A stretch of 64,000 nucleotides of DNA, from assembly GCA_045803545.1 (NCBI GenBank), contig JBJMOW010000002.1:96001-160000 (forward strand), given 5' to 3'. Origin of the DNA: Gemmatimonadaceae bacterium (GTDB lineage Bacteria; Gemmatimonadota; Gemmatimonadetes; Gemmatimonadales; Gemmatimonadaceae). The notes beneath the pieces were generated by a model. It searched no databases. It was not told where the DNA came from and was given only the letters and a program-made list of their open reading frames with translations. Of the stretch, positions 1 through 9,324 are shown piece after piece (position 1 is the first letter of the stretch; the number at the start of each line of letters is the position of its first letter). The position numbers and the translations under genes were made by a program.

Positions 1-740
1 CGGCGCAGCCGGCGTTGACCGACGTGCCGGCGAGCTCGACGGCGCCCGCTCCGACAACGACTGCGACTACGCCACGCACCACGACCAGCAAGACGACTAC
101 GCGCACCACGACGCGTACGCCGACAACGACGACGCGCCAGCCAACCACTTCCGTGACATCGAGTGGCAATACGGTAACCAAGACCTCGAGTGGCGCAGCT
201 ACCGGCGCGGGCAGAGTGGGGACGATTCCAGCCGGATCCGAGATCAACCTCGCGTCGGGCTCGACAGTTTGCACCAACAAGAACAAGGTCGGTGACCGGT
301 TCAACGCCTCAGTAACGAACGCGGTGCAGGGTTCGAACGGTGCAGTGATTCCCGCGGGCGCCACGGCGACCGTCGAAGTCACCGAGCTTAAGCGCAGTGA
401 GAACGCCAATGACAACGTGGTGATGGGCTTCCGCGTCGTGTCGGTCAGCTTTGGTGGTCACACCTATCCGGTCAGTGCTACGACCAGCTACGCGCAGGTC
501 GCGAAGGTCAAGAACCAGCCCAAGGGCAAGGATGTGCAAAAGGTCATCGGCGGCGCAGCGATTGGTGCGATCGCCGGACAGATCCTTGGCAGGAGCACAA
601 AAGCAACCGTCATCGGTGCAGCAGCGGGTGGTGCTGCCGGTGCCGCGACCGCAGCGGCCACGGCTAACTACGAGGGCTGCGTCAATTCAGGCGGTCGAAT
701 TACCGCAACGCTCAACTCGTCGACTCAGGTTAACATCTGA
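1..740 (+). CDS. Secreted or envelope protein with Thr-rich linker and C-terminal glycine-zipper (5' partial)
   Basis: Frame is open from the window edge. Thr/Pro-rich linker, beta-rich domain, then IGGAAIGAIAG...IGAAAGGAAGAA glycine zipper. Followed by a terminator. Confidence 0.7.
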   Translation, partial: AQPALTDVPASSTAPAPTTTATTPRTTTSKTTTRTTTRTPTTTTRQPTTSVTSSGNTVTKTSSGAATGAGRVGTIPAGSEINLASGSTVCTNKNKVGDRFNASVTNAVQGSNGAVIPAGATATVEVTELKRSENANDNVVMGFRVVSVSFGGHTYPVSATTSYAQVAKVKNQPKGKDVQKVIGGAAIGAIAGQILGRSTKATVIGAAAGGAAGAATAAATANYEGCVNSGGRITATLNSSTQVNI

Positions 741-754
741 GAGAGCCGCGGTAG

Positions 755-792
755 AAAATCCGGCGTGGGAGACCACGCCGGATTTTTTTTTT
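755..792 (+). terminator. Rho-independent terminator
   Basis: aaaatccggcgtgg-gaga-ccacgccggatttt stem-loop followed by a T tract, just after the stop at 740. Confidence 0.9.
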
Positions 793-936
793 GCTCTCGA
801 TTCTGGCATCTCGACCGTTCGACCGAGTTCGTCAACTAAAGGTCTCAGTCGGCAGAGATTGCACGGGTCGGAGTCCGCAGTTGTCACATGGTTAACGATG
901 CTCATCGAAGCGGCAGAACCCCGGAATAGCGAGGGT

Positions 937-2706
937 CTAGAACCCGACCGCCGCCCCGCGCCCCCTCGGATCCGGCATTCCCTCGTACCCTCCCCTCACG
1001 CGCATGATCGCCTCGGCGGATGCGACCCCGAATAACTCGTACGTCGAGTGCCCCATTTGGTGGAGACGCGCGATCGTCGTCGAATCGAACCCGCCGCTCT
1101 CCAGTCGGATCGAATCAGGCAGCGATTGGTGGTGGATGCGTGGCGCGCTCATCGCGTCGGCGATCGACATACGGTGGTCGATCACGTTTAGAATTACTTG
1201 AGCGGTCGCGGAAATGATGCGCGGCCCCCCGCGAGCGCCGACGATGAGCAGGACCCCGCCGCTCGGATCGAGGACAATCGTCGGCGACATCGCACTCAGC
1301 ATACGCTTGCCGGGTGCGATCGCATTCGCCTCGCCCTGAATGAGCCCATACATGTTCGCCACGCCCGGCTTGCTCGTGAAGTCATCCATCTCGTCATTCA
1401 GGAAGAATCCTGCGGCGGGTATGTACACGCCCGATCCATACAAGTCGTTCAGAGTCGTCGTCGTTGCCACCGCATTACCATGCGCGTCGACTACCGAATA
1501 GTGAGTAGTCTCCGACCCTTCGCTCAACGCAGCGAGTCCGGTTGTCGGATCAGCGTGGGTTCGCGAGATCGTGCGTGCGACGGCACGCGCGTAGGTCTTA
1601 CTGGTCAGCGTCGAAAGCGGAACCTGAACGTATGCAGGATCGCCGAGCTTCGAGTTGCGATCGACAAAAGCGCGTTGCGAGGCGGACGCGACTGCGTGCA
1701 CACGGTCGGCTGATCCGAACTTCTCCGCTGGACCGTACGCCTCCAGGATTTGCAGCATCTCGGTAACCGTCGTGCCGCCGGACGACGATGGTGGCATCGC
1801 AATGAGACCATAGCCGCGATAGCTGCTGCGGATCGGAGTACGCCAGATCCCGCGGTATTGAGCGAGATCCTCTTTCGTGATCAGTCCGCCGGCCCGCTTC
1901 ATGTGCGCAGCGATCGAATCAGCAATGCTGCCCCGATAAAAAGCGACGGATCCTGAATCAGCGATCAGGCGAAGCGTGTGCGCGAGAGCAGGCTGACTGA
2001 ACCGAGAGCCAATCACCGGCGGTGTGCCGTCGGGAAAGAAGACTGCCTTTCCGTCAAAGCCCTCGATTCGATAACGGTTGCTGGTTAGTGAGCGAACGAA
2101 AGTCGAATCGACAGTGAACCCGTCTGCTGCCAGTCTGATCGCAGGCTCCATCACTTTCGCCAGCGGCAGCGCGCCAAACCTTCGGTGCGCCTCCACCATT
2201 CCCGCGACCGACCCAGGCACCCCGGATGCCTTGGGGCCGATCACGCTTTCGCCAGTCACCTTCCCATCGGCTCCGACATACATCGTTCGTGTCGCGCCGC
2301 GCGGCGCGGTTTCCCGGTAATCGAGAGTCGCGACGCGTCCGTCGGCCATTCTGATCACCATGTAACCACCGCCGCCGATGTTGCCCGCTTCCGGATACGC
2401 GACGGCGAGCGCGAATCCGGTTGCGACCGCTGCGTCGACGGCATTGCCGCCTTGCTTCATGACTTGCACGCCCACTTCGGAGGCAATTCGGCTGTCGCTC
2501 GCAACCATTGCGTGTGCTGCAAACGTCGCGTGCGCGGCCGCACGATACCGCCACGTCGCCGGAAATACCGCTGGAATCCGCGACGGAACATCGGGATTGC
2601 CGACGATGATCTCGCGGAAGGGAAGAGCGGCCGCCACAAAAAGCGACAGGCCGACGATCGTGCCCATCGCCCACGCGGTTCGGGATCCCGCGCTACGTGA
2701 AGTCAT
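937..2706 (-). CDS. ggt: Gamma-glutamyltransferase
   Basis: GGNAVDAAVA, DYRETAP, autocleavage motif ETTHYSVVD, NDEMDDF, LSAMSPT, GARGG. Confidence 0.95.
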   Translation of the reverse strand: MTSRSAGSRTAWAMGTIVGLSLFVAAALPFREIIVGNPDVPSRIPAVFPATWRYRAAAHATFAAHAMVASDSRIASEVGVQVMKQGGNAVDAAVATGFALAVAYPEAGNIGGGGYMVIRMADGRVATLDYRETAPRGATRTMYVGADGKVTGESVIGPKASGVPGSVAGMVEAHRRFGALPLAKVMEPAIRLAADGFTVDSTFVRSLTSNRYRIEGFDGKAVFFPDGTPPVIGSRFSQPALAHTLRLIADSGSVAFYRGSIADSIAAHMKRAGGLITKEDLAQYRGIWRTPIRSSYRGYGLIAMPPSSSGGTTVTEMLQILEAYGPAEKFGSADRVHAVASASQRAFVDRNSKLGDPAYVQVPLSTLTSKTYARAVARTISRTHADPTTGLAALSEGSETTHYSVVDAHGNAVATTTTLNDLYGSGVYIPAAGFFLNDEMDDFTSKPGVANMYGLIQGEANAIAPGKRMLSAMSPTIVLDPSGGVLLIVGARGGPRIISATAQVILNVIDHRMSIADAMSAPRIHHQSLPDSIRLESGGFDSTTIARLHQMGHSTYELFGVASAEAIMRVRGGYEGMPDPRGRGAAVGF

Positions 2707-2741
2707 GATACGAAACTATTCACGTCGCGCAGCGGGTGCAG

Positions 2742-3431
2742 CTACCGCCTGACAGTCCTCGCGCCGAATCCCATGCGCAGCATTACCCTCAACGCCGGCA
2801 TCGCGTTGGTGTTGCTGACGCTGTTCGCCTGATTCTGTCGCTCGTGGATGGCAATGGCGTAGTCCGACGTAAAGTCGACGCTCGTGCGGTCGCTGAAGCC
2901 CCAGCCGAAGCCGTAGCTGAACGCAAGCAGCGGATCGATGTTGCCGCTTCCCGCGAGCTTGGCGCCATCGGAATCTCTTTTCAAATTCTGATAGAACACC
3001 GCGCCGCCGTTCAGCTCCAGCACCTGGTGGAACCCGATACCCGAGCCGGCGTGGAACGTCGCCACCAGCGTCGACATGTTGAGATGCGCATTGCACGACG
3101 TGCAGCGCGTTCCCGGAACGCCAGTCTGCAGCGGTATCGCCAGATCGCTCGAGTACACGAACGGTACTTTCGCATAACTCCCGGCGATGCCGAACGACGC
3201 GCCGCTGTTCCATCCCTTCTCGATGGACGCCCGATACTGGAAGTTGGTCGAGTTCCCGAAATCCCAGGTGCTCCCAGTCGCGCCGTCATTGACGCCGTTC
3301 GCGCGGAAACCCGCGATCGAAAAAGTGGCCCAGGTGTCGGGGTCACTGGTGAAGCCACGCTGCCGCCGCTGCGCGCTCGCCGCGTTAGCAATCGACACCA
3401 GCATCAACAATGCAAACGAAATTCGTCTCAT
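2742..3431 (-). CDS. Putative outer-membrane beta-barrel protein
   Basis: Signal peptide MRRISFALL...ASA from ATG 3431, alternating beta-strand pattern, C-terminal LRMGFG. The longer ORF call overlaps murQ. Confidence 0.65.
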   Translation of the reverse strand: MRRISFALLMLVSIANAASAQRRQRGFTSDPDTWATFSIAGFRANGVNDGATGSTWDFGNSTNFQYRASIEKGWNSGASFGIAGSYAKVPFVYSSDLAIPLQTGVPGTRCTSCNAHLNMSTLVATFHAGSGIGFHQVLELNGGAVFYQNLKRDSDGAKLAGSGNIDPLLAFSYGFGWGFSDRTSVDFTSDYAIAIHERQNQANSVSNTNAMPALRVMLRMGFGARTVRR

Positions 3432-3486
3432 TAATCCTGCCTTTGATTGTCTTGCCTCGCGCGCAATACGTCTCGTACCTTTCGTC

Positions 3487-4404
3487 GTGCTAGACCCGCG
3501 CGAAACTGAGCGTCGCAACCCGCGTACCGCCTCGATCGATCTCGCATCCCCGCTCGAGATCGTAGACTTGATAAACGCTGAGGATCGCAGAGTTCCCGAA
3601 GTCGTTGCCACGCAACGGGATCAGATCGCTCGCGCCATCGATATCGCGGAGGCAACGTTTCGGCGTGGCGGGCGTGTTTTTTACGTCGGCGCGGGAACCT
3701 CGGGGAGGCTCGGCGTGCTCGACGCCAGCGAGATTCCGCCAACCTTTGGCGCAAATCCTGAAATGGTGCAGGGAATCATCGCCGGTGGGCTGCCAGCGTT
3801 AACTCGCGCGCAGGAGGGGGCCGAGGATGTCGTCGAGAATGGCGCACGGGAAATGGACAAGCACGGCATCGGCGAAAAGGATTTCGTGATCGGAATCGCC
3901 GCCTCGGGAACTACGCCCTACGTGCGCGCCGCGCTCATGCGAGCTGTAGAACTTCGCGCGAGCACCGGTATCGTTGCCTGCTCCGCGCCTCCTTCCGAAT
4001 TGGTCAAAGCAGTCGATGTGGCGATACTGCCAATCGTCGGGCCGGAAGTCGTCACCGGCTCGACGCGCATGAAAGCCGGCACCGCCACCAAGCTGGTGCT
4101 CAATACCATCACCACCGGTGCGATGATCAGACTCGGCAAAACCTACGGGAATCTGATGGTCGATCTGCGCGCGACGAACAACAAGCTGGTCGACCGCAGT
4201 CAGCGGATCGTGATGGAAGTGTGCGGCGTAACGCGCGAGGAGGCGACGACCCTGCTCGATCGCGCCGGCAAAAGCGTCAAGCTCGCCATTGTGATGCAGA
4301 AGAAGAATGCGTCGCGCGAGGAGGCCGAAAAGCTGCTTGCGGAAAACGGTGGCGTCATTCGCCGCGTGACCAACGAGCCTCCCCCGCCGATAAGAGAGCG
4401 CTGA
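3487..4404 (+). CDS. murQ: N-acetylmuramic acid 6-phosphate etherase
   Basis: TERRNP, GAGTSGRLGVLDASE, EGAED, GPEVVTGSTRMKAGTA. GTG start at 3487 inferred from the family N-terminus. Confidence 0.95.
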   Translation: MLDPRETERRNPRTASIDLASPLEIVDLINAEDRRVPEVVATQRDQIARAIDIAEATFRRGGRVFYVGAGTSGRLGVLDASEIPPTFGANPEMVQGIIAGGLPALTRAQEGAEDVVENGAREMDKHGIGEKDFVIGIAASGTTPYVRAALMRAVELRASTGIVACSAPPSELVKAVDVAILPIVGPEVVTGSTRMKAGTATKLVLNTITTGAMIRLGKTYGNLMVDLRATNNKLVDRSQRIVMEVCGVTREEATTLLDRAGKSVKLAIVMQKKNASREEAEKLLAENGGVIRRVTNEPPPPIRER

Positions 4405-4405
4405 A

Positions 4406-5533
4406 ATGGCTTCGGGCGTTGTCGTCGGCTTGATGTCGGGAACTTCGCTCGATGGGATCAGCGCCGCGGTCGCCCGTTTTCGCGACGTCGACGAGAAACG
4501 TGTCGACGTCGATTTGCTCGGTTACGTCTCACACTCCTACACTCCGGCGCAGCGCACTCGTCTGGGAAACGCACTGGGTGGAGGCACCCCGGCCGAATAC
4601 TGCAGATTGAATTTTGATCTCGGTCAGTGGCTGGCGGATGCTGCGATCGAGGCCATGGCCGAGGCCGGAATCGCGCGCGAAGACATCATGGCTATCGCAT
4701 CGCACGGCCAGACGATTTGGCACGAGCCCGGACACTCGACCTGGCAGACTGGTGAGCCGGCAGTCATCGCCGAGCGCACTGGAATCGATGTGATCAGCGA
4801 TTTTCGCGTGCGCGACGTTGCTGCGAGGGGGCAGGGTGCACCGCTGGTGCCAATGGCCGACGCGATGCTCTTCTCGTCGCCCACCGATTGGCGCGGGCTG
4901 CAAAACGTTGGCGGGATTGGCAACATCACCATCGTGCCACCCGGAGGTGATGTGACCGGAGTGCGCGCCTTCGATACCGGCCCGGGAGTGGCGGTCATCG
5001 ACGGCGTCGTCCGCGCGCTCTGGCCGCAACTTTCCTACGACGCCGATGGCAAACTTGCCCGAGCTGGCAAGCCTGTCACCGCCGTCGTCGACGAGCTGAT
5101 GAAGCATCCCTACTTCAGCATGGACCCGCCCAAGTCGACCGGCCGTGAGCTGTTCAACTCGGATTATGTGCAGAAGCTGATCTCCTCCGCCCGCGGGACT
5201 GGCGCGAGCGACGAAGACGTGGTCGCTACTGCAGTCCAACTCACAGCGGTAAGTGTTGCAGACGCGTATCGACGGTTCATTCCCGAGCCGATGCGTGAAG
5301 TGCTGGTATCGGGTGGCGGCGGAAAAAACCCCGCGCTCTTCGAGGCGATTCGAAACGCCGCGGCTCCGATCGTCGTGCGGCATTTCGACGAAGTCTATTT
5401 CGACGGTGAGGCAAAAGAGGCGGTGGCCTTTGCATTGCTGGGTTACCTGCACGTGATGAAGAGGCCTGGCAACGTTCCTTCTGCAACCGGTGCGCGCGGA
5501 TCCCGGATTCTCGGCAAGAGGACGCCCGCATGA
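4406..5533 (+). CDS. anmK: Anhydro-N-acetylmuramic acid kinase
   Basis: GLMSGTSLDG, SHGQT, DFR..D.A.GQGAPL, FDTGPG, PKSTGRE, KEAVAFA. Confidence 0.95.
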   Translation: MASGVVVGLMSGTSLDGISAAVARFRDVDEKRVDVDLLGYVSHSYTPAQRTRLGNALGGGTPAEYCRLNFDLGQWLADAAIEAMAEAGIAREDIMAIASHGQTIWHEPGHSTWQTGEPAVIAERTGIDVISDFRVRDVAARGQGAPLVPMADAMLFSSPTDWRGLQNVGGIGNITIVPPGGDVTGVRAFDTGPGVAVIDGVVRALWPQLSYDADGKLARAGKPVTAVVDELMKHPYFSMDPPKSTGRELFNSDYVQKLISSARGTGASDEDVVATAVQLTAVSVADAYRRFIPEPMREVLVSGGGGKNPALFEAIRNAAAPIVVRHFDEVYFDGEAKEAVAFALLGYLHVMKRPGNVPSATGARGSRILGKRTPA

Positions 5534-7044
5534 GCGAGATCGCCGAGCTCTTTTACCCCGCGATTCGTTGGGATAGCACGCACGGCTACGAAGAGCAGCG
5601 CGATGCGATTACCGAAGCGCTCAACCTCGGCGTCGGAGGTTTCATTCTGTTCGGTGGACCCTCCGAGCACGTTGCCACCCTCACCGAAGACTTGAATACT
5701 CGATCACGAGTGCCGCTGTTGATCGGCGCGGATCTCGAGCGGGGTGCGGGACAGCAATTCGCGGGCGACACGCCGTTGCCGCCGCTCGCCGCCATCGCGG
5801 CGCTCGAGGATGTCCAGGCTATCAGGCGCGCTGCAGCGGTGACCGCACGCGAAGCACGTGAGCTCGGCGTCAACTGGATCTACGCGCCGGATTGCGACCT
5901 CGATGTCGAACCGGACAATCCGATCATTGGTACGCGCTCGTTCGGCAGCGACCCTGATCGCGTCGGCGAATTCGCGGCGGCGTGGATCGATGCATGTCAG
6001 GCGGAAGGTGTGCTTGCGTCAGCGAAGCACTTTCCGGGACACGGACGTACGACCGTCGATTCGCACAAGGAACTGCCGCGAGTCGACGCCTCCGCCGAGA
6101 CTCTGCGCAATACGGATCTGGTTCCTTTCCGACGCGCGATCGAGCGCGGCGTAGCTTCGGTGATGTCGGCACACGTGTCGTTTCCCGCGTTCGATCCGAG
6201 CGGTGCGCCGGCAACGCTGTCAAAGCCCATTCTCACCGGGTTGCTGCGCGAGGAGCTCGAGTTCACGGGACTGGTCGTCACCGATGCGTTGATTATGGAA
6301 GGCGTGCTGGGAGGCGGCGAAGCGGAAGCCGTCGTCCGCGCAGTCGACGCCGGCTGCGACTGCCTTCTCTACCCGTCGAACATGCCGGAAGCGGAGAAGG
6401 CAATTCAGAAAGCGATTGACGAGAAGCGACTCGACGCTGCGCGCGTGCATCAATCGATCGAGCGCCGGCGACGCTGGGCTCGCTGGGCTGCGCTATCGAA
6501 AGAAGCGCATCGGCCCTCGCGTGACGAAACCGGCTGGGCAGCGCAGCTCGCCGAGCAAGTTGTGCACATGATTCAAGGCCGAATGCCGCGTCTCCCGCGC
6601 CGTTGGAACCTCGTGATCGTCGACGACGATGTCGGCGGACCATACCCACCGCCGCCGAGAGATCCGCTGATCGCGACGCTGCAGGCGGGCGGAGTCGACC
6701 TAGTCGTTGGTGATGACGCACCTTCAGGAGCGGTGGGCGCCACCGTCATCGCGCTATTCGGAGACATTCGCGCCTGGAAGGGCCGGCCGGGCTATTCGCA
6801 GACGGCAAGGGATAGCGTTCGACGCGCGCTCGACAGCGCTGGCAGTCGCGATCGACTGATCATTCAGTTCAGTCATCCTAGACTTGCTGCTGCGCTGCAG
6901 ACCGACGCGCCAATTCTTTGTGCGTGGGGCGGGGAAGGGGTGATGCAAAAGGCCGCGGCGCGAGTGCTGGTACGGGAGCTGGCCGCGGAAAGCGCGGAAC
7001 GCGTTACCCAATTGCCGCAAAACCGAGCGGAGGAATCGCGATGA
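5530..7044 (+). CDS. nagZ: GH3 beta-N-acetylglucosaminidase (NagZ-like, two-domain)
   Basis: ADLERG, RSFG, KHFPGHG..VDSH, TDAL.M. Lies within the murQ-anmK-ampG operon. Confidence 0.85.
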   Translation: MSEIAELFYPAIRWDSTHGYEEQRDAITEALNLGVGGFILFGGPSEHVATLTEDLNTRSRVPLLIGADLERGAGQQFAGDTPLPPLAAIAALEDVQAIRRAAAVTAREARELGVNWIYAPDCDLDVEPDNPIIGTRSFGSDPDRVGEFAAAWIDACQAEGVLASAKHFPGHGRTTVDSHKELPRVDASAETLRNTDLVPFRRAIERGVASVMSAHVSFPAFDPSGAPATLSKPILTGLLREELEFTGLVVTDALIMEGVLGGGEAEAVVRAVDAGCDCLLYPSNMPEAEKAIQKAIDEKRLDAARVHQSIERRRRWARWAALSKEAHRPSRDETGWAAQLAEQVVHMIQGRMPRLPRRWNLVIVDDDVGGPYPPPPRDPLIATLQAGGVDLVVGDDAPSGAVGATVIALFGDIRAWKGRPGYSQTARDSVRRALDSAGSRDRLIIQFSHPRLAAALQTDAPILCAWGGEGVMQKAAARVLVRELAAESAERVTQLPQNRAEESR

Positions 7045-8342
7045 CGAACGGTACGACTGCGAAAACATCTCCGCTGCGCATATTCGGCCAGCCGAAGATG
7101 GCCACGCTGGTGGTGCTCGGCTTCTCGTCTGGACTTCCGTTTTATCTGACGAGCAAGACCCTGCAAGCGTGGATGACCAACGCGAAAGTGGATTTGGCGA
7201 CGATCGGTTTCTTCAGCCTCGTCACTCTTCCATACTCACTCAAATTCGTCTGGGCGCCGCTGATGGATCGGTACACGCCGCCGTTCCTCGGCAGGAGACG
7301 CGGATGGGTCCTGATAACTCAGATCGCGCTGTTGTTGGTGATCGCGGCGATGTCGCTGCACGATCCGCGCACCGGCCTCAAGATGCTGGCGATCAACGCC
7401 ATTGCGATCGCGTTTTTCAGTGCATCACAGGACATCTCGCTCGACGCGTATCGGACCGACGTGCTCGAGAATCGGGAAATGGGGGCGGGCGCCGCCGTGT
7501 TCGTACTCGGCTATCGCATCGCGATGATCACCACCGGAGCGCTGGCGTTTTTCCTTGCCGATCGAATTGCGTGGCCGATGGTTTACCTGATACTCGCCTC
7601 GCTCATCGTGATCGGAATCGTCGCGACGTTTTTCGCTGCGGAGCCGGTCCTCAACGACGCGCCGCCACGCACGCTGTTCGAGGCAGTCGTTCTCCCGTTC
7701 ACCGACTTCTTCCAACGCGCCGGAGTCCTACGCGCTCTGCTGGTGCTCCTCTTCATCGTCGCCTACAAGTACTCCGACAGCCTGGCGGGTAGCATGACCA
7801 CGCCGTTTCTGCTACAGGCTGGTTACTCGCAGAGTGAAGTCGGCGCCGTGTTCCTCGGAGTGGGTGTCATCGCGACGATTGTCGGCGTCCTCGTCGCGGG
7901 CGCTACGATCGGCAAGCTTGGTATCAACCGCTCGCTGTGGCTGTTCGTGATTTTTCAGGGCTTGAGCAACCTGACCTACTACTTCCTGTCGCTCTCGGAG
8001 AAGAATCACACGCTAATGGTCTCGGCTGTGATTACCGAAAACTTTGGGCTCGGTTTGGTGACCGGCGCGATGACCGCGTACTTGATGAGCATGTGCAACA
8101 AGCGGTTTACCGCGACGCAATTCGCGTTGCTGTCGAGTCTGATGGCCGCGAGCCGCGACATCCTGGTTGCGCCCGCTGGTAAGATCGTGGAATCAACGGG
8201 CTGGCCGGGCTTCTTCCTGATCACAGTGGCGATGGCGCTGCCGGCGTTGGTGCTGCTCCCGTTTATCGCTCCGTGGTCCCGCGAAGTCCCGATTGGCGCG
8301 GCGCCGCACACCGGTGAAACCGTACCGGCGCGCGTCGCTTAG
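7041..8342 (+). CDS. ampG: AmpG muropeptide MFS permease
   Basis: LGFSSGLP, KFVWAPLMD, GRRRGW, SASQDI..DAYR, ATQFALLSS. ATGA overlap with nagZ. Confidence 0.92.
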   Translation: MTNGTTAKTSPLRIFGQPKMATLVVLGFSSGLPFYLTSKTLQAWMTNAKVDLATIGFFSLVTLPYSLKFVWAPLMDRYTPPFLGRRRGWVLITQIALLLVIAAMSLHDPRTGLKMLAINAIAIAFFSASQDISLDAYRTDVLENREMGAGAAVFVLGYRIAMITTGALAFFLADRIAWPMVYLILASLIVIGIVATFFAAEPVLNDAPPRTLFEAVVLPFTDFFQRAGVLRALLVLLFIVAYKYSDSLAGSMTTPFLLQAGYSQSEVGAVFLGVGVIATIVGVLVAGATIGKLGINRSLWLFVIFQGLSNLTYYFLSLSEKNHTLMVSAVITENFGLGLVTGAMTAYLMSMCNKRFTATQFALLSSLMAASRDILVAPAGKIVESTGWPGFFLITVAMALPALVLLPFIAPWSREVPIGAAPHTGETVPARVA

Positions 8343-9178
8343 GCCTTGTTGCTCGCTACTGCTTTCCGATAGTCGGCGTCTACCGTGCGCAGCCGTGCGG
8401 TCACTACCGTCACGTTGTCGGGCGCGCCGGTGTGAAGCGCCTCTTCGATCAATGCGTTGCAGATGTCCTGCGGCTTGGCTGATCCGCGGGTGATGCGGGC
8501 GATGTCTTCGTTCGAAACCTGATTCGAGAGTCCATCGCTGCATAGCACCATTGCGTCGTCGTTCTCGAGCTTTACGCGATAGAAGTCGGTGACGACTTTC
8601 TCCTCGGGACCGAGCGCCTGCAGGATGATGTTGCGATGCTCGCTCTGTGCTGCCTCTTTCGCCGTCATGCGACCTGCATCGATCAGGCGCTGAACGAACG
8701 ACTGATCCTTGGTCAGCTGTTTGGCGCTGCCTTTCCGAATCAGGTATGCCCTGCTGTCGCCGACCTGTGCGATGAATGCTTCACCCTCGATCACCAGCGT
8801 CAGCGTCGCCGTCGTTCCCATCCCGTGATGTTCCGGCGAGGTCGTAGCTGTCTGGAAGATCTCGCGATTGGCGGCATCGATCCCGCGCTTGAGCGCGGCC
8901 TCGATCGATTCCGGATTGCGCTTGGGTACTTTACGCCACCATCGGTGCAACTCGCCGAGGATCGTTTCGGTAGCGATCGAGCTGGCCAGCGCGCCGGAAG
9001 CGGCACCGCCTACACCGTCGGCGACAATCATGATGAACGGCGCGGTGTGGACTGATATAACCGACGGCGCACTGGTGGTTGCAATGTCGCCGGTCTCGAG
9101 GTTGGCTATCAAAAAGGCATCCTGATTGTCTGCCCTGATCAGGCCGACATTCGTGGTGCCGAATATCTCTGCAATCAA
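8339..9178 (-). CDS. PP2C-family Ser/Thr phosphatase (Stp1-like)
   Basis: G.IR..NQD, VADGVGG, GMGTT, QVGDSRAY, LCSDGL, DNVT. Start uncertain (TTG 9178 or ATG 9274). Confidence 0.9.
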   Translation of the reverse strand: MIAEIFGTTNVGLIRADNQDAFLIANLETGDIATTSAPSVISVHTAPFIMIVADGVGGAASGALASSIATETILGELHRWWRKVPKRNPESIEAALKRGIDAANREIFQTATTSPEHHGMGTTATLTLVIEGEAFIAQVGDSRAYLIRKGSAKQLTKDQSFVQRLIDAGRMTAKEAAQSEHRNIILQALGPEEKVVTDFYRVKLENDDAMVLCSDGLSNQVSNEDIARITRGSAKPQDICNALIEEALHTGAPDNVTVVTARLRTVDADYRKAVASNKA

Positions 9179-9324
9179 TTTTGGCTCGCCAGGAGCGGGA
9201 TTTATCGACTCTCGGGAGGTTGATCCCCGAGTGCGACAAAGATAGCAACCATGTGCAAACGGGGCACTACCCATGCGTATGGCTTAGACTCGTTTTTCAC
9301 CGCTCCTGCAACCCGATTTCTGAC

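Noticed and set aside
40..160. acg/acc trinucleotide-like repeats
   Set aside because: They simply encode a Thr-rich linker.
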